From: Clostridiales bacterium
GTDB lineage: Bacteria > Bacillota > Clostridia > Saccharofermentanales > Saccharofermentanaceae
DNA: 64,000 nucleotides
NCBI GenBank assembly: GCA_017513085.1
Contig: JAFWDK010000003.1
Span: 48,573 to 112,572 of the forward strand
Reading direction: 5' to 3'
Under the pieces are notes generated by a model, which saw nothing but the letters and a program-made list of their open reading frames with translations, ran no database searches and was not told the DNA's origin. The position numbers and the translations under genes were made by a program. Shown here piece by piece: positions 1-10,619 of this stretch; the stretch's first letter is position 1; each line of letters opens with the position of its first letter.

Positions 1-2
1 CT

Positions 3-2216
3 CTTCTGCTCCTTCTTTCCCTTGGCATATCCTACTGTCACGGGCAGAAAGAAAAACTGACTTCCTTTCTTCTGGCAGGTCTTCTCGCATCGACCGTATG
101 GTGTTTTTTCATGACGGATCTGTTCCACACCAACGCGCAGACGAGACTCGTGTATTCCACCTTGCAGCAACGTGTCTTTCACGCATGGAAGCCAATGTGG
201 GAAGCTGATCTATTGATTGAAAGACGGCGCGATGTTACGATTCTGATGTGGCTTGTCAACTTTATCCCCACATACTTTACATCTCTTACGATCGAGAAGC
301 GCCGGAGCATCTTTCTTTCGCTCATCTGGTATATTCCGCTTCTTTTCGGCGCAACTGTCACTTCGAGCATGACCCCGAAAGCCATTCCCTGCCAGCTTGC
401 TGTAGCAGGCATATTGCTGCTTCTCATCTTCCATTTCGTCCGACGACTTGGAGATACAAGCACTGACAAACGAATGCTCATGATCACGGCACCGGTCCTT
501 ATCCTGAGTTTCCTGATCGGCGGTCTCTTCCCGAAAGAAAGTTATTCGTATGACAAGCTGGCCGCGTCCCATTTTCAGGAACTGCGCGGATTCATCCAAG
601 ATCTGCGAGGAAGACTGAAGATCGGCGGAGAACCTGAAAAGGAGGAAGAGCAGGAAGAGAAAGGGCCAGGATACGTCGGCAGCATCTCGTTCTCCGAGGA
701 GGAAAACCCGATCCCTTTCATGAACGTTTTTGAAGAGGACCTGAGCAAAGTCGGTTTTTTCGAACCGGATGACACGAAGCTCATGACTATTTCCCGCTAT
801 TTTAATGACACAGAGAACCATTCCGTTCTCGTCAACAATCGTATGATCTATCTGCGCAGCACATGCATGGAAATAATGGGCGGAAACTCCTGGCGCACCT
901 TCTCTCCTTCCGAAGAACGGGAACTCACTGATTTTTATTCCGAAGATAACGAATGCCCGCAGCGCGAGGCTGATTTTGTACTCCGCGTGCGCACGCTTTA
1001 TCCTTTTGAAGCATATCTGGTCCCCTACTACACAGATCATTTCTATATCTCAGAAGAAAGCAAGTATTCGGATCTTGATATCATTACGCACACAACCTGG
1101 AATCTCTACGAACGAATCCCGAATTCCGGTGTTCAGGACTACGACTACGCGTTCAATACAACGCCCCGGAAATCTCAACCGGAATGGAATCCGGATTATC
1201 TCGAAGAAGAGGTATACGGAGTATGTCTTGAAGTTCCGGAAAAGACCAAAAACAGCATTCTTAAGATCAAAAAACTCCCTGACTGGTACAAAGAACTGCT
1301 TGACGGAACACGCACGATGACTACGTCGGAAAAAGTCAATGCGGTAGTCGAATATGTAAGGAAACTTCACCCTTACGACCCCAACACCCCCTATCCGCCG
1401 GAAGGGGCCGATTTTGTGACCTGGTTCATCACACAGAGCAAAACCGGATTCTGTGTACACTATGCCACTACTGCCGCGGTCCTTCTCCGCCTTATCGGTG
1501 TTCCGACCAGGTATGCAACCGGCTATCTTGTCGGCAGCGATCCTTTTGTTGCCTCAAACGATGTTCTGATGAGAGACGCTCACGCCTGGTTTGAATTCTT
1601 CGATCCGGATTATGGATGGATCCTGGATGATCCGACACCCGGAAATGTGTTTAACGTCAGTTACTACAACGCCTATGCAATCGCAAAAGAATATGGTGAC
1701 ATGAATTACGATTACCGCGAAACACCGACCCCTAGTCCTACGCCTTCGCCTACACCTACCCCGACCGTAGCACCTGTCCAGGGAACCATTTACGGCCCGA
1801 CATTGTCACCGACCCCGACTGTGACTCCGATTCCGGAATCGACATTCGGCCTGCCTTTCAAGCTCCCTCCGGTCATTCTTGTCATCCTGCTCGTGCTCGT
1901 GATCGTTGCCGCCGTGCTTGCGCTTCTGCGTCTTCTCTACGTCCTGTCCTGGAAGATACGGTTTAAGAAAGATCCTCTGAGCCGTCGCGCGATCGAGTAT
2001 ACCCGTTACTTCAATATGCACCTGCACATTCTTGAAGCCGCAGATTCCCGCGTCGTCCGCTCGATCTTCACCAAAGCCGAATACAGTAATGAAAACATCA
2101 CCGAAGAAGAACTCAAAAAACTGATCCGGTTTGGTCTTCACAACCTCGACAAACAGATCCCCGGACGAAATGTATTACGGAGAATGCTTTCCAAGATCTT
2201 ACGCGTTTCTCTCTAA
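3..2216 (+). CDS. Membrane transglutaminase-like domain protein (5' end truncated by window)
   Basis: GFCVHYAT...HAWFE...DDPTP Cys-His-Asp triad motifs, N-terminal TM helices, Pro-Thr linker and C-terminal TM. The frame is open from position 3 to the ATG at 111, so the true start is likely left of the window. Confidence 0.8.
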   Translation, partial: LLLLLSLGISYCHGQKEKLTSFLLAGLLASTVWCFFMTDLFHTNAQTRLVYSTLQQRVFHAWKPMWEADLLIERRRDVTILMWLVNFIPTYFTSLTIEKRRSIFLSLIWYIPLLFGATVTSSMTPKAIPCQLAVAGILLLLIFHFVRRLGDTSTDKRMLMITAPVLILSFLIGGLFPKESYSYDKLAASHFQELRGFIQDLRGRLKIGGEPEKEEEQEEKGPGYVGSISFSEEENPIPFMNVFEEDLSKVGFFEPDDTKLMTISRYFNDTENHSVLVNNRMIYLRSTCMEIMGGNSWRTFSPSEERELTDFYSEDNECPQREADFVLRVRTLYPFEAYLVPYYTDHFYISEESKYSDLDIITHTTWNLYERIPNSGVQDYDYAFNTTPRKSQPEWNPDYLEEEVYGVCLEVPEKTKNSILKIKKLPDWYKELLDGTRTMTTSEKVNAVVEYVRKLHPYDPNTPYPPEGADFVTWFITQSKTGFCVHYATTAAVLLRLIGVPTRYATGYLVGSDPFVASNDVLMRDAHAWFEFFDPDYGWILDDPTPGNVFNVSYYNAYAIAKEYGDMNYDYRETPTPSPTPSPTPTPTVAPVQGTIYGPTLSPTPTVTPIPESTFGLPFKLPPVILVILLVLVIVAAVLALLRLLYVLSWKIRFKKDPLSRRAIEYTRYFNMHLHILEAADSRVVRSIFTKAEYSNENITEEELKKLIRFGLHNLDKQIPGRNVLRRMLSKILRVSL

Positions 2217-2285
2217 AGGCAAAAAAGAAAGCCCGGATTCCCATGCTCCGGCCTTCTCTCTGTATCCCATCCATAAATCGATTTA

Positions 2286-2966
2286 TTAATGAATAAGTCC
2301 GTCAGAGTATGCCGCCACGCCATGGGAATAGTTATCCAGGATTCCTTTCTCGAGCGAGAAGATCCAGAATACATTTTTCTGTTCGCGGTAAAATGCATCC
2401 GGTTCCATGCTTTGAAGGAAGGTTACACTCCACACTTCACTATCTCCGTATGGCCCACCGGCTCCGACCCGTCCGAATTCCAGACGGTAAGATTTCCCGG
2501 GGCCGAGAGAATGTAGAACCACTACCAGATCTCTCTTCTGAAAAAAAGCTTCATCTAAGCCGCTCAAAAACTCTTTGATGGATAGATCCTCGCTGTTATT
2601 CTCAATGAATTCCATATTCTGATCCAAAAGCAGAAGGAAAGCATCTCTTTGTTCGATGTTCCGCACGGTAAAGGCCGGAAAACTCCAAACAAGATCTGCC
2701 CCCAGATCGCCGTAATTCTCTGCTTTACGGTATATCTTCTGCAGTCCCTCACCAGAGGTTTTACCACCCGATGCAGTTCTATACATGACTTCATCTTGAT
2801 TCTCGTCTACTCTCGTGAACAGATCGGGATCGCTTGTTACAGGCCGGGAATTATCTTTCTTCTGAAAAAGCACTCCAACTTTCCACGCAATCAGAATTAC
2901 GGTAGTGATGACTAACACTACCGTAACAATAGTGAGAAGCATTAGTTGAGTCTTTTTGTGCCGCAT
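2286..2966 (-). CDS. Hypothetical membrane-anchored protein
   Basis: 226-aa ORF with a single N-terminal hydrophobic helix; no recognisable motif. Confidence 0.6.
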   Translation of the reverse strand: MRHKKTQLMLLTIVTVVLVITTVILIAWKVGVLFQKKDNSRPVTSDPDLFTRVDENQDEVMYRTASGGKTSGEGLQKIYRKAENYGDLGADLVWSFPAFTVRNIEQRDAFLLLLDQNMEFIENNSEDLSIKEFLSGLDEAFFQKRDLVVVLHSLGPGKSYRLEFGRVGAGGPYGDSEVWSVTFLQSMEPDAFYREQKNVFWIFSLEKGILDNYSHGVAAYSDGLIH

Positions 2967-3019
2967 AAATCACAAACCCGGTTTCCAAATCTATTACAAA
3001 TATAATAGTGCAACTGAGT

Positions 3020-4573
3020 TTATCCGACAAGTTTCCCGCTCTCGATATGGATCACTTCATCACAGCATAAAGCTAAGAGCTCAGGATCGTGAGTACTGAC
3101 CAATATCGTGCTTCCTGACTTAGCCAGTTTTTTAAGCATATCTCCGACTTGCTTCATATGAGCATAATCAAGACCGGATGTCGGTTCGTCGAAAAGGAGG
3201 ATCTTCGCCCCGGCTGCCATTGCCGAAGCAATGGCCACTCTTTGCTTCTGTCCACCGGAAAGTGCCATCGGATGCTTATCTTTAAAAGGGAGAAGTCCCA
3301 GCCTATCCAGGATCTCGTCACAACGCTTCTCATCGTCTTCTTCCATCGAGAGCATCACTTCCGCTTTCACACTATCCGTAAAAAGCTGATGATTCACATC
3401 CTGCATGACCATATAGGTTATTTTCAAACGTTCCTTGCCGGCATACTGCTTCCCGTCAACCTCAATCTTACCTGGGCAGCGCTTCTCAAGCCCGCAAACG
3501 CAACGCAAAAACGTGGATTTTCCTGTTCCGTTCCTGCCGATCACACCGACTACTTTTCCGGCAGGAAGAATGAGATTCGGAATACATAATTGCAGACCGT
3601 CACACTCGCCGGTTATTCCATTCTGTATACATTTCCGAAGGCGTCTGCCGCTGTGTTTTTTATCGTAAGAAAAGCAAAACTCGGAAAGTATCACTTTCTC
3701 CCCTATGTCAGATGCTTGAGTCAGATTTCCATTACGCTTCGGTTTCTCCCTCGCAGGCATCTGTTTTGAAGTGATCTGACCCTTTTCATCTGTAAACGCA
3801 TCGATGTATTTCTCTTCCAGCGAAATCGGGCGAAGCTTCAGTTCCGCCACTTCCGATTCAGAAAGAGTACGGAATTCTTCACCGCGCCACTCCTTCTTTA
3901 CTGCTCCGTCAGAAAGATAAAGGACCCGGTCGATCAGGTCTTTCACATACCAGAGTCGGTGCTCCGAGATGATGATCGTCTTTCCTTCTTCTTTCCACCT
4001 GCGGATCGAATCCCGAAGATCGGAGATTGCATTCCAGTCAAGATTCGAAGATGGTTCATCAAGAAGAATGATTCCCGGAAGCAGTGCCGACACTGAGGCA
4101 CAGGCGATCTTCTGCTTCTCCCCTCCTGAAAGCTCGAAAAGCGAGCGGTTCAGAAGTTTTTCGATTTTCATCTCCGAGACGGCCAAGTTTTTTCTCTTCA
4201 CAATTTCCTTAGGAGAAAGTCCGATATTCTCCGGACCAAAAACGATCTCTCCATCCGTATCTACAGAGAAGAATTGGGATCTTGGATTCTGAAAGACCGT
4301 GCCCACTACTCCGGCCAGTTTATAAAGTTCCGTCTCCCGAATATTGTTTTCCGCCACGATCACATTCCCCGTCAGATCCCCGGAATAATAATGGGGGATC
4401 AGGCCATTGATCAGTCGTAGGATCGTCGTCTTTCCACATCCTGAAGCCCCGCAGAGCAGCACTGTTTCTCCTTTAGTAAAAGAGAGAGAAACATCTGAAA
4501 GAAGCCCCTCCGTGCTCCCTTTATATTTGAAAGAGACATGATCGATCTTAATGATAGATTCTTGATTTTCCAT
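3020..4573 (-). CDS. ECF transporter duplicated ATPase (A-A' fusion)
   Basis: Two Walker A motifs (GASGCGKT, GRNGTGKS), two LSGG signatures, FQNP Q-loop; follows T and S components. Confidence 0.9.
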   Translation of the reverse strand: MENQESIIKIDHVSFKYKGSTEGLLSDVSLSFTKGETVLLCGASGCGKTTILRLINGLIPHYYSGDLTGNVIVAENNIRETELYKLAGVVGTVFQNPRSQFFSVDTDGEIVFGPENIGLSPKEIVKRKNLAVSEMKIEKLLNRSLFELSGGEKQKIACASVSALLPGIILLDEPSSNLDWNAISDLRDSIRRWKEEGKTIIISEHRLWYVKDLIDRVLYLSDGAVKKEWRGEEFRTLSESEVAELKLRPISLEEKYIDAFTDEKGQITSKQMPAREKPKRNGNLTQASDIGEKVILSEFCFSYDKKHSGRRLRKCIQNGITGECDGLQLCIPNLILPAGKVVGVIGRNGTGKSTFLRCVCGLEKRCPGKIEVDGKQYAGKERLKITYMVMQDVNHQLFTDSVKAEVMLSMEEDDEKRCDEILDRLGLLPFKDKHPMALSGGQKQRVAIASAMAAGAKILLFDEPTSGLDYAHMKQVGDMLKKLAKSGSTILVSTHDPELLALCCDEVIHIESGKLVG

Positions 4574-4614
4574 TTATTTTCTGTCCATACGCGGATACAT
4601 ATTCAAACATCCGC

Positions 4615-5316
4615 TCATCTGAAATATTTACAGTATACAAAGACCCCGAGCACTGCAGTAAATACCAGCATCAGAAGAATGTCCGCGGCATGAAGTTTCA
4701 GTTCTACAACACTGGTTCTTTTCACATTGCCGTCAAGGCCGCGCGTGATCGCTGCAGCCGAGAGCTCATCTCCGATATTGACACAAGAGAATAGCAGCGG
4801 GATCATGCGATATTCTACCATCTTCAGTACATTTCCACTTCCGAAAGTGATTCCTCTCATCTTCATGGCGTCTCTGATCGATCCGTATTCTTCTTTGATC
4901 GTCGGAAAGAAACGCATCACGACAGCAAGAGAAATAGCAATTCCGTTAGGAATATGGAGTTTTTGCATCGCAGACATAAACTCATCGATCTTCGTAGTCC
5001 TCACACAGTACCAGGCGGTGATCATGGACGGCATGAACTGCACGACGATTCCGCAGTAGCCGATCAGGATAGCGGTGATTATTCCTGAAGACTCCTCAGA
5101 AAGAAAGAAAAAAGTCAATACAAGCGCCACGCCATAGAAGATCAGGAACCGTATTGCACTCGCATATTTCTTTTCTATAAAAAGAAGCGTGATCGGCACC
5201 AACGTCATAAAAATGCGAACGCCCCATAGAAATGGCGTCGTGGCCGTCATGAGGACGACCATCGACACCACCAGGATCATATATAGCTTTGTTCGGGGGT
5301 CCAGTGCAACATGCAT
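4615..5316 (-). CDS. ECF transporter transmembrane T component
   Basis: LDPRTK N-terminus, MRFFPTI, AMKMRG and AAITRG Arg motifs; ATG at 5316 overlaps upstream TGA (TGATG). Confidence 0.88.
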   Translation of the reverse strand: MHVALDPRTKLYMILVVSMVVLMTATTPFLWGVRIFMTLVPITLLFIEKKYASAIRFLIFYGVALVLTFFFLSEESSGIITAILIGYCGIVVQFMPSMITAWYCVRTTKIDEFMSAMQKLHIPNGIAISLAVVMRFFPTIKEEYGSIRDAMKMRGITFGSGNVLKMVEYRMIPLLFSCVNIGDELSAAAITRGLDGNVKRTSVVELKLHAADILLMLVFTAVLGVFVYCKYFR

Positions 5317-5906
5317 CAGACAATACCCGCCTTTTCGAAATGCTTCTTTACTACTTTCTTGCCGATCACTGCGCCGATACAACCGAATACGAAGCAAAGG
5401 ATCAGAAGAACCGCAATCGTCTTTTCATTGATAGCCCGGAAAAGATCGTCACAATATTCCGCAGAGTAACCTCCGTCAAGAAGATCCTTTCTGTATGAGT
5501 CGGCAGTCACAATGACCGGGAAATAATTCGCACAGATCCACAGACAGAACACACCATAGCTTATGATCGTTTTCTTAAAACTCTTATATTTTCCGGACTT
5601 GGCAATCAAATCTGCGACTACACCGGCACAAACAATGAGCGGAGCACCGAGATATCCCATGCCCAGGACAAACATGAGGATCGCAATAAGCACTGACATG
5701 ATCGTGATCATGCCGAACTTTTCGACTTTCGTGTAAAAGAGCATCATCGGGATCGCGCCTACCAGCGGGATCATGATGACATACGATGCCACAATATACG
5801 GGTGAATGTATCCGAGCATACCGCACAAGAACTCCACCACGATCAGGATCGCCGTAAAAATACCAACTGTTATAAAGTCTTTTGCTTTCAACTTATTACT
5901 GTTCAT
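5316..5906 (-). CDS. MptD-family putative ECF transporter S component
   Basis: LKAKDFITVGIFTAI start, six TM helices, KHFEKAGIV C-terminus typical of the family. Confidence 0.85.
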   Translation of the reverse strand: MNSNKLKAKDFITVGIFTAILIVVEFLCGMLGYIHPYIVASYVIMIPLVGAIPMMLFYTKVEKFGMITIMSVLIAILMFVLGMGYLGAPLIVCAGVVADLIAKSGKYKSFKKTIISYGVFCLWICANYFPVIVTADSYRKDLLDGGYSAEYCDDLFRAINEKTIAVLLILCFVFGCIGAVIGKKVVKKHFEKAGIV

Positions 5907-5927
5907 ATAAACCCTCTACCTTCATTA

Positions 5928-5974
5928 GTTATCATTAGCTAACTTGCGATCGCTAACAGTTAGCTTTTGCTAAC
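5928..5974. promoter_or_regulatory. Three tandem GTTAGC-N4-GCTAAC-type boxes upstream of ECF operon
   Basis: GTTATCATTAGCTAAC 5928-5943, ACTTGCGATCGCTAAC 5942-5957, GTTAGCTTTTGCTAAC 5959-5974 (exact). Confidence 0.8.
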
Positions 5975-6062
5975 CAATAATAAAATATAAGTAGAGAAAA
6001 ATCCAGTAGTAATTGAACACTTTTTTAGATTTGTTCAGTAAAATCGTCATATTTCACGAAAA

Positions 6063-7799
6063 TCATGTTCCGGATTGCAGTGTTACCATACGTGCATACA
6101 TACCGTTTTCCGAAAGTAATTCATCATGACTTCCCCGCTCTATGATATTTCCATCAGATACGACCAGTATCTGATCCGCATCTTTAATCGTCTTCAGGCG
6201 ATGCGCAATGACCAGAAGCGTCTTATTCCGGCACAGTTCCGATATTGCTTCCTGAATCGCCCTTTCATTGTCAGCATCTACACTGGCCGTTGCCTCATCC
6301 AGAATAACGATCGGTGCATCTTTTAATATACATCTGGCGATAGAGATACGCTGCTTCTCACCACCGGAAAGAGACGCTCCGCCCTCTCCGATCACAGTAT
6401 CAAAGCCATCCGGAAGTGCCATGATGAAATCGTAGCAGCGTGCTTTTCGGGCAGCTTCGTAAACTTCCTCTTTCGAAGCATCCGGGCGGGCCATCGCAAT
6501 ATTGTTATAGATCGTATCCTGGAAGAGATACACACGCTGGAATACCATACTGATGTGATCCATCAGATCTCCCATCGGCACCTTCCTGATATCTTTCCCG
6601 TTCACCATGATCCTTCCTTCTCCGATATCCCAGAACCGTGCAAGAAGCGAAGCGATCGTTGATTTGCCTCCTCCGGACGGGCCGACCAGAGCGCACATTT
6701 CGCCGTTTTTTACCTTGAAGGAGACATGCTTAAGTACATCTTTCTCAGTATATCCGAAAGTGACATCATCATATTCGATTGCCGCCACACTTCCATTTTC
6801 CGCGGATGCCTCCGAGAGCGTCTCTTTTCCGGTATCCGGCATTTCTTTTTCCGCAAAAAGCGCTTCGATGCGGTCCAGACTGGCAGAAGTAACTGTGAGA
6901 CGTGCCATCTGGGAATAATAACTTTTGACCGCACTGAAAAGGTCAAAGAGAAATAGTGCCATGCCGACCATATACACATTCGAGATCATTCCATTATGAA
7001 AAAGATAAGCACATGCAATAAGCACAAGCGAAGTACCGATTCCATATGTAAGATGCAGAGCTCTTGACCAGGGAGTGTAATCCACTTCAAATGCGATGCT
7101 CTCCTGACAGTTTTTCTCAAACTCATCCGTTAGTTTCTTTGAGTTTTCTCCCAGAAGATTATAGGTCTTAATGATTCCCATTCCTTCTGCAAAATCCAGC
7201 ACTTCGTTGGTCAATGATTCGCTATACTCCTGCTTCTTGCGGGAATGCTCCATAGTATGACGGAGCATAAGATTTCCGACTACAAAGAAAACCAGCACGA
7301 CAAGCAGAGACAAAAGCCCCAGCCGTATGTCCATATAGAACATCATGAGGATCATCAGCGCCTGGGAAATAATGAAGGAGACCAATTCCGAAAGGACACC
7401 CATGCAGTTTTCTTCTATAAAGACCATATCGGTGGATAAGATCGAACTGATCTTACCTATATTTCCTTCGGTGAAATACCCCATCGGTAGTTTTCTCAGA
7501 TGGTCACCCAAACGGATACGCATATCCGCAAATACTTTATACCCGGCCGATGACTGAAGGATATTCGTCAGATGTTCGAATCCTGCCTGAAGGAGCACAC
7601 TTGCAGCAAGAACGATACCGAAGATCAGGCAGGTCTTCTTATCCATGGTTCCTTCCATAAAATACTTGATCATCAGGAAACTCAGCATCAGCGGCATTTT
7701 CATCAGGCACCCTTTGAAAAAGGATGTTATATAGGATGCCCGGATCGATTTTTTATACTTTCCCGTCATACGGATCAGTCGATGCATGATCTTGATCAT
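6063..7799 (-). CDS. ABC transporter fused permease/ATPase, IrtB/YbtQ-like
   Basis: TMD plus NBD (GPSGGGKS, LSGGEKQR, LDEATASVD); ATG 7799 overlaps partner stop (ATGA). Confidence 0.88.
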   Translation of the reverse strand: MIKIMHRLIRMTGKYKKSIRASYITSFFKGCLMKMPLMLSFLMIKYFMEGTMDKKTCLIFGIVLAASVLLQAGFEHLTNILQSSAGYKVFADMRIRLGDHLRKLPMGYFTEGNIGKISSILSTDMVFIEENCMGVLSELVSFIISQALMILMMFYMDIRLGLLSLLVVLVFFVVGNLMLRHTMEHSRKKQEYSESLTNEVLDFAEGMGIIKTYNLLGENSKKLTDEFEKNCQESIAFEVDYTPWSRALHLTYGIGTSLVLIACAYLFHNGMISNVYMVGMALFLFDLFSAVKSYYSQMARLTVTSASLDRIEALFAEKEMPDTGKETLSEASAENGSVAAIEYDDVTFGYTEKDVLKHVSFKVKNGEMCALVGPSGGGKSTIASLLARFWDIGEGRIMVNGKDIRKVPMGDLMDHISMVFQRVYLFQDTIYNNIAMARPDASKEEVYEAARKARCYDFIMALPDGFDTVIGEGGASLSGGEKQRISIARCILKDAPIVILDEATASVDADNERAIQEAISELCRNKTLLVIAHRLKTIKDADQILVVSDGNIIERGSHDELLSENGMYARMVTLQSGT

Positions 7800-9538
7800 A
7801 CGTTCTTTTCCTCCTTGATTCTCCATGTGCTGGCGCTCACCGAGGCGTCCCACAGATTTTTATACTCAGGACATGAGAGCAGAAGCGCTTCGTGGCGATC
7901 CGACGCAATACATTCACCATCTTTCATTACACATATCGTATCGGCGTTCCTGATCGTAGATAAACGATGAGCAATGACCAGAACCGTTTTGTTCTTCATG
8001 ATCTCATCGATCGCCCGATTCATCTTTTCTTCGTTTTCCGGATCCATAAATGCCGTAGCCTCATCCAGCACGATGATCGGAGCATTTTTCAAGATCGCTC
8101 GCGCAAGTGAGATCCTCTGCCGTTCTCCTCCGGACAACTGTTTTCCTCCATCACCGGCAAGAGTCTCAATACCATTTGGAAGTCTTTCCAGAAATTCATC
8201 ACACTGCGCCCGTGATGCGGCTTCAAGCACTTCTTCCTTGGTAGCTTCCGGATTTCCGATATGGATATTCTCATATAGAGAAGTATTGAAAAGAAACTGC
8301 TCCTGAGAAACAAATGCAACCTGATCATTCAGTGCACGGAGCGACATATCCGTAATATCCTGTCCGCCGATCGAGATATGTCCCGAAGAAAGATCGTAGT
8401 AGTGGACCAGAAGTTTTGCCAGTGTGGATTTACCGGACCCGGATTCACCAACCAGCGCGGTGGTCGTTCCCTGTTTTAATGAAAGAGAAACACCATGTAG
8501 CACTTCTTTCTCGTCATATCCGAAGTGTATGTCTTCAAAGATTACATCGGAATTATTCCCGGTAAAATCCGATGTTCCTTCCTTCAGCGGCGGAAATTCC
8601 ATCATCTTTTCCAGAGCATCGATCTTAAAGTTCAGCTGAGGAAACTTTCCCGCGAAGTTCAGTGCTTTTAGCACGGAAGGACCCACCGCAAACGACATGC
8701 AGATGACCAGGACCAGTTTATCCAGAGCGATCACCTCGTTGATGACCAGGAGAGATCCGACAGGCAGTATCAGAAGTGCCAGACACGGCAATACACTTGC
8801 ATAGATCGCCATCCACGGCCAGCAGACTTTGTACCAGGCAAGCGTAAAGTCTCTGTAGCTTCTAACGACTTCTCCGAACCGTTTATAGGAGTCGCCGTCC
8901 TTATTAAACACTTTCACGACTTCCATTCCATTGACGTATTCGATGATCGTGTTGTTCATCTTCGTCGCGGATGCATAATAGTCGTTCATTTTCGACATGC
9001 CGGCTTTCATCATCATGCTCATGGCAATCATTCCGACTATAAGTGGTACCAGAGACAGCAATCCTAATCTCCAATCCGCGACAAACATCAAAACCAGTAT
9101 CAGAACCGGTATTGCCACATTCGCAATGCCTTCCGGGATTGCATGAGCCAGCAGAAGTTCGATCTGATCGATATCATCTGTAAACACTTTCTTGATCCGT
9201 CCGGTCCCCATATCCTGGATATGGCCGAGAGGCTGTTTTTCCAGTTTTCCTTGAAGAGATACACGAAGATTTTTCAGCGTGTGATAGGCACTGTAATGCG
9301 AAAATGACAGGCCCTGCGTGTATAACACCGCGAAGAGGATCTTACAGACAGCAACTGCCGCCACCCGGTATAAAATATAGGAAGTACTGACGGATTCCCC
9401 ACGGATCAGCGGGGAAATGATCTGAAACACAAAAAAATACGGAAGTACATTCGCAATGATACCCAGACTCATACAGATCACGGCCCAGATCGTGTACTTC
9501 TTGTATTTCCCGATATAGGGAGCAACTTTCTTAAACAT
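7796..9538 (-). CDS. ABC transporter fused permease/ATPase, IrtA/YbtP-like
   Basis: IELLLAHAIPE, IEYVNGMEVVKVF, GESGSGKS, LDEATAFMDPENE; RBS GAAAGGA before ATG 9538. Confidence 0.88.
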   Translation of the reverse strand: MFKKVAPYIGKYKKYTIWAVICMSLGIIANVLPYFFVFQIISPLIRGESVSTSYILYRVAAVAVCKILFAVLYTQGLSFSHYSAYHTLKNLRVSLQGKLEKQPLGHIQDMGTGRIKKVFTDDIDQIELLLAHAIPEGIANVAIPVLILVLMFVADWRLGLLSLVPLIVGMIAMSMMMKAGMSKMNDYYASATKMNNTIIEYVNGMEVVKVFNKDGDSYKRFGEVVRSYRDFTLAWYKVCWPWMAIYASVLPCLALLILPVGSLLVINEVIALDKLVLVICMSFAVGPSVLKALNFAGKFPQLNFKIDALEKMMEFPPLKEGTSDFTGNNSDVIFEDIHFGYDEKEVLHGVSLSLKQGTTTALVGESGSGKSTLAKLLVHYYDLSSGHISIGGQDITDMSLRALNDQVAFVSQEQFLFNTSLYENIHIGNPEATKEEVLEAASRAQCDEFLERLPNGIETLAGDGGKQLSGGERQRISLARAILKNAPIIVLDEATAFMDPENEEKMNRAIDEIMKNKTVLVIAHRLSTIRNADTICVMKDGECIASDRHEALLLSCPEYKNLWDASVSASTWRIKEEKNV

Positions 9539-9559
9539 AAGCTCGTCCTTTCCAAAAAG

Positions 9560-9599
9560 ATAATCCACATAGTTAGCATTTGCTAACTATGTGGATTAT
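9560..9599. promoter_or_regulatory. Box GTTAGCATTTGCTAAC (9572-9587) at the centre of a perfect 19-bp-arm inverted repeat
   Basis: ATAATCCACATAGTTAGCA-TT-TGCTAACTATGTGGATTAT; followed on the minus strand by CTTTTT. Confidence 0.85.
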
Positions 9600-9626
9600 A
9601 CTCGTTTCACTATCCGATTCCACCAT

Positions 9627-10619
9627 TTACAAATCGTTTTCTAACACTTTTCGCTCACGGTATTCTTTGGGACTCATTCCGAACCGTTCCCGGAAAGACT
9701 TGGAGAAATAACTCATATTGTTATACCCTGCACGTGTTGCGGCTTCAGAAACATTCATCCGGGTCTCGCAAAGAAGAGATGCCGCATACTCCAGCCGCAT
9801 CTCCTGCACGTATGCATGCAGGGATGTATCATACATCATCCGGAACAAACGGTTGAGCTTACTAAGACTCATGGCCAGGGACTTTGCGATATTCGGCGCG
9901 CTGTAGTCATCGTACGGGACCAGCTGGATCTTCTCTCGGAGATGCTCGACCGAAAGACGGTCCTGAGGATCGATATATACTTCCTTTTTCACGTTTCCAC
10001 TCTCTCCATTAACAATACCGAAAAGCACCTGTGCCGTCAGTTCGATCATTTTTGTCTCCAGATAGACATCTTTAAACTCCGCATAGCGGTCGGCACTGTC
10101 GATCTCAGATAGGATCCTGAACATCTCCGGCGTAATACGTGTTTTCATTACCCGAGCAAAAACCAGCTTCTCGATCCGATCGCTCTCTCCCTTCGGAAAA
10201 AGCATATGAAGAAGTTCGGAAAAGCGCGATGTTTTCATCTGCAGGCTACGGAACTGATAATGCCGTCCGCTGGGGTAAAACATAGAGGTGCCGATGTTAT
10301 CATTCCTGTAGATACACACCTCCCCCCGTTTCATGATCACCTTCTGAAAACGTGGCGAGGCGGGATCCTCTCCCACCTGCCACTCGATATCCTGATTAAG
10401 ATTGAATATGATCTGCACTTCATCCATCCCTGCATTATCACATTTCTTTGCGTCCGTATCCTTGGTAAAGGACAGATCCCAGCGGTAGTACAGGACATCA
10501 TTCCTGGACTTTTCCTTCCGGATCTTCGCCGTGCCGATCTCCTCAGGAAACCCGGCCGCGCCATCCATATACTGATACAGTTCTTCCGTGCTGATCATGT
10601 TTTTTCTTTCTTTACTCAT
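9627..10619 (-). CDS. AraC-family regulator (PchR/YbtA-like)
   Basis: C-terminal double HTH: LNRLFRMMY...RLEYAASLL...AGYNNMSYFSKSFRERFGMSP. Confidence 0.9.
   Translation of the reverse strand: MSKERKNMISTEELYQYMDGAAGFPEEIGTAKIRKEKSRNDVLYYRWDLSFTKDTDAKKCDNAGMDEVQIIFNLNQDIEWQVGEDPASPRFQKVIMKRGEVCIYRNDNIGTSMFYPSGRHYQFRSLQMKTSRFSELLHMLFPKGESDRIEKLVFARVMKTRITPEMFRILSEIDSADRYAEFKDVYLETKMIELTAQVLFGIVNGESGNVKKEVYIDPQDRLSVEHLREKIQLVPYDDYSAPNIAKSLAMSLSKLNRLFRMMYDTSLHAYVQEMRLEYAASLLCETRMNVSEAATRAGYNNMSYFSKSFRERFGMSPKEYRERKVLENDL

Noticed and set aside
1720-1835. Low-complexity CC-rich repeats
   Set aside because: Explained by the Pro-Thr linker of the transglutaminase-like protein
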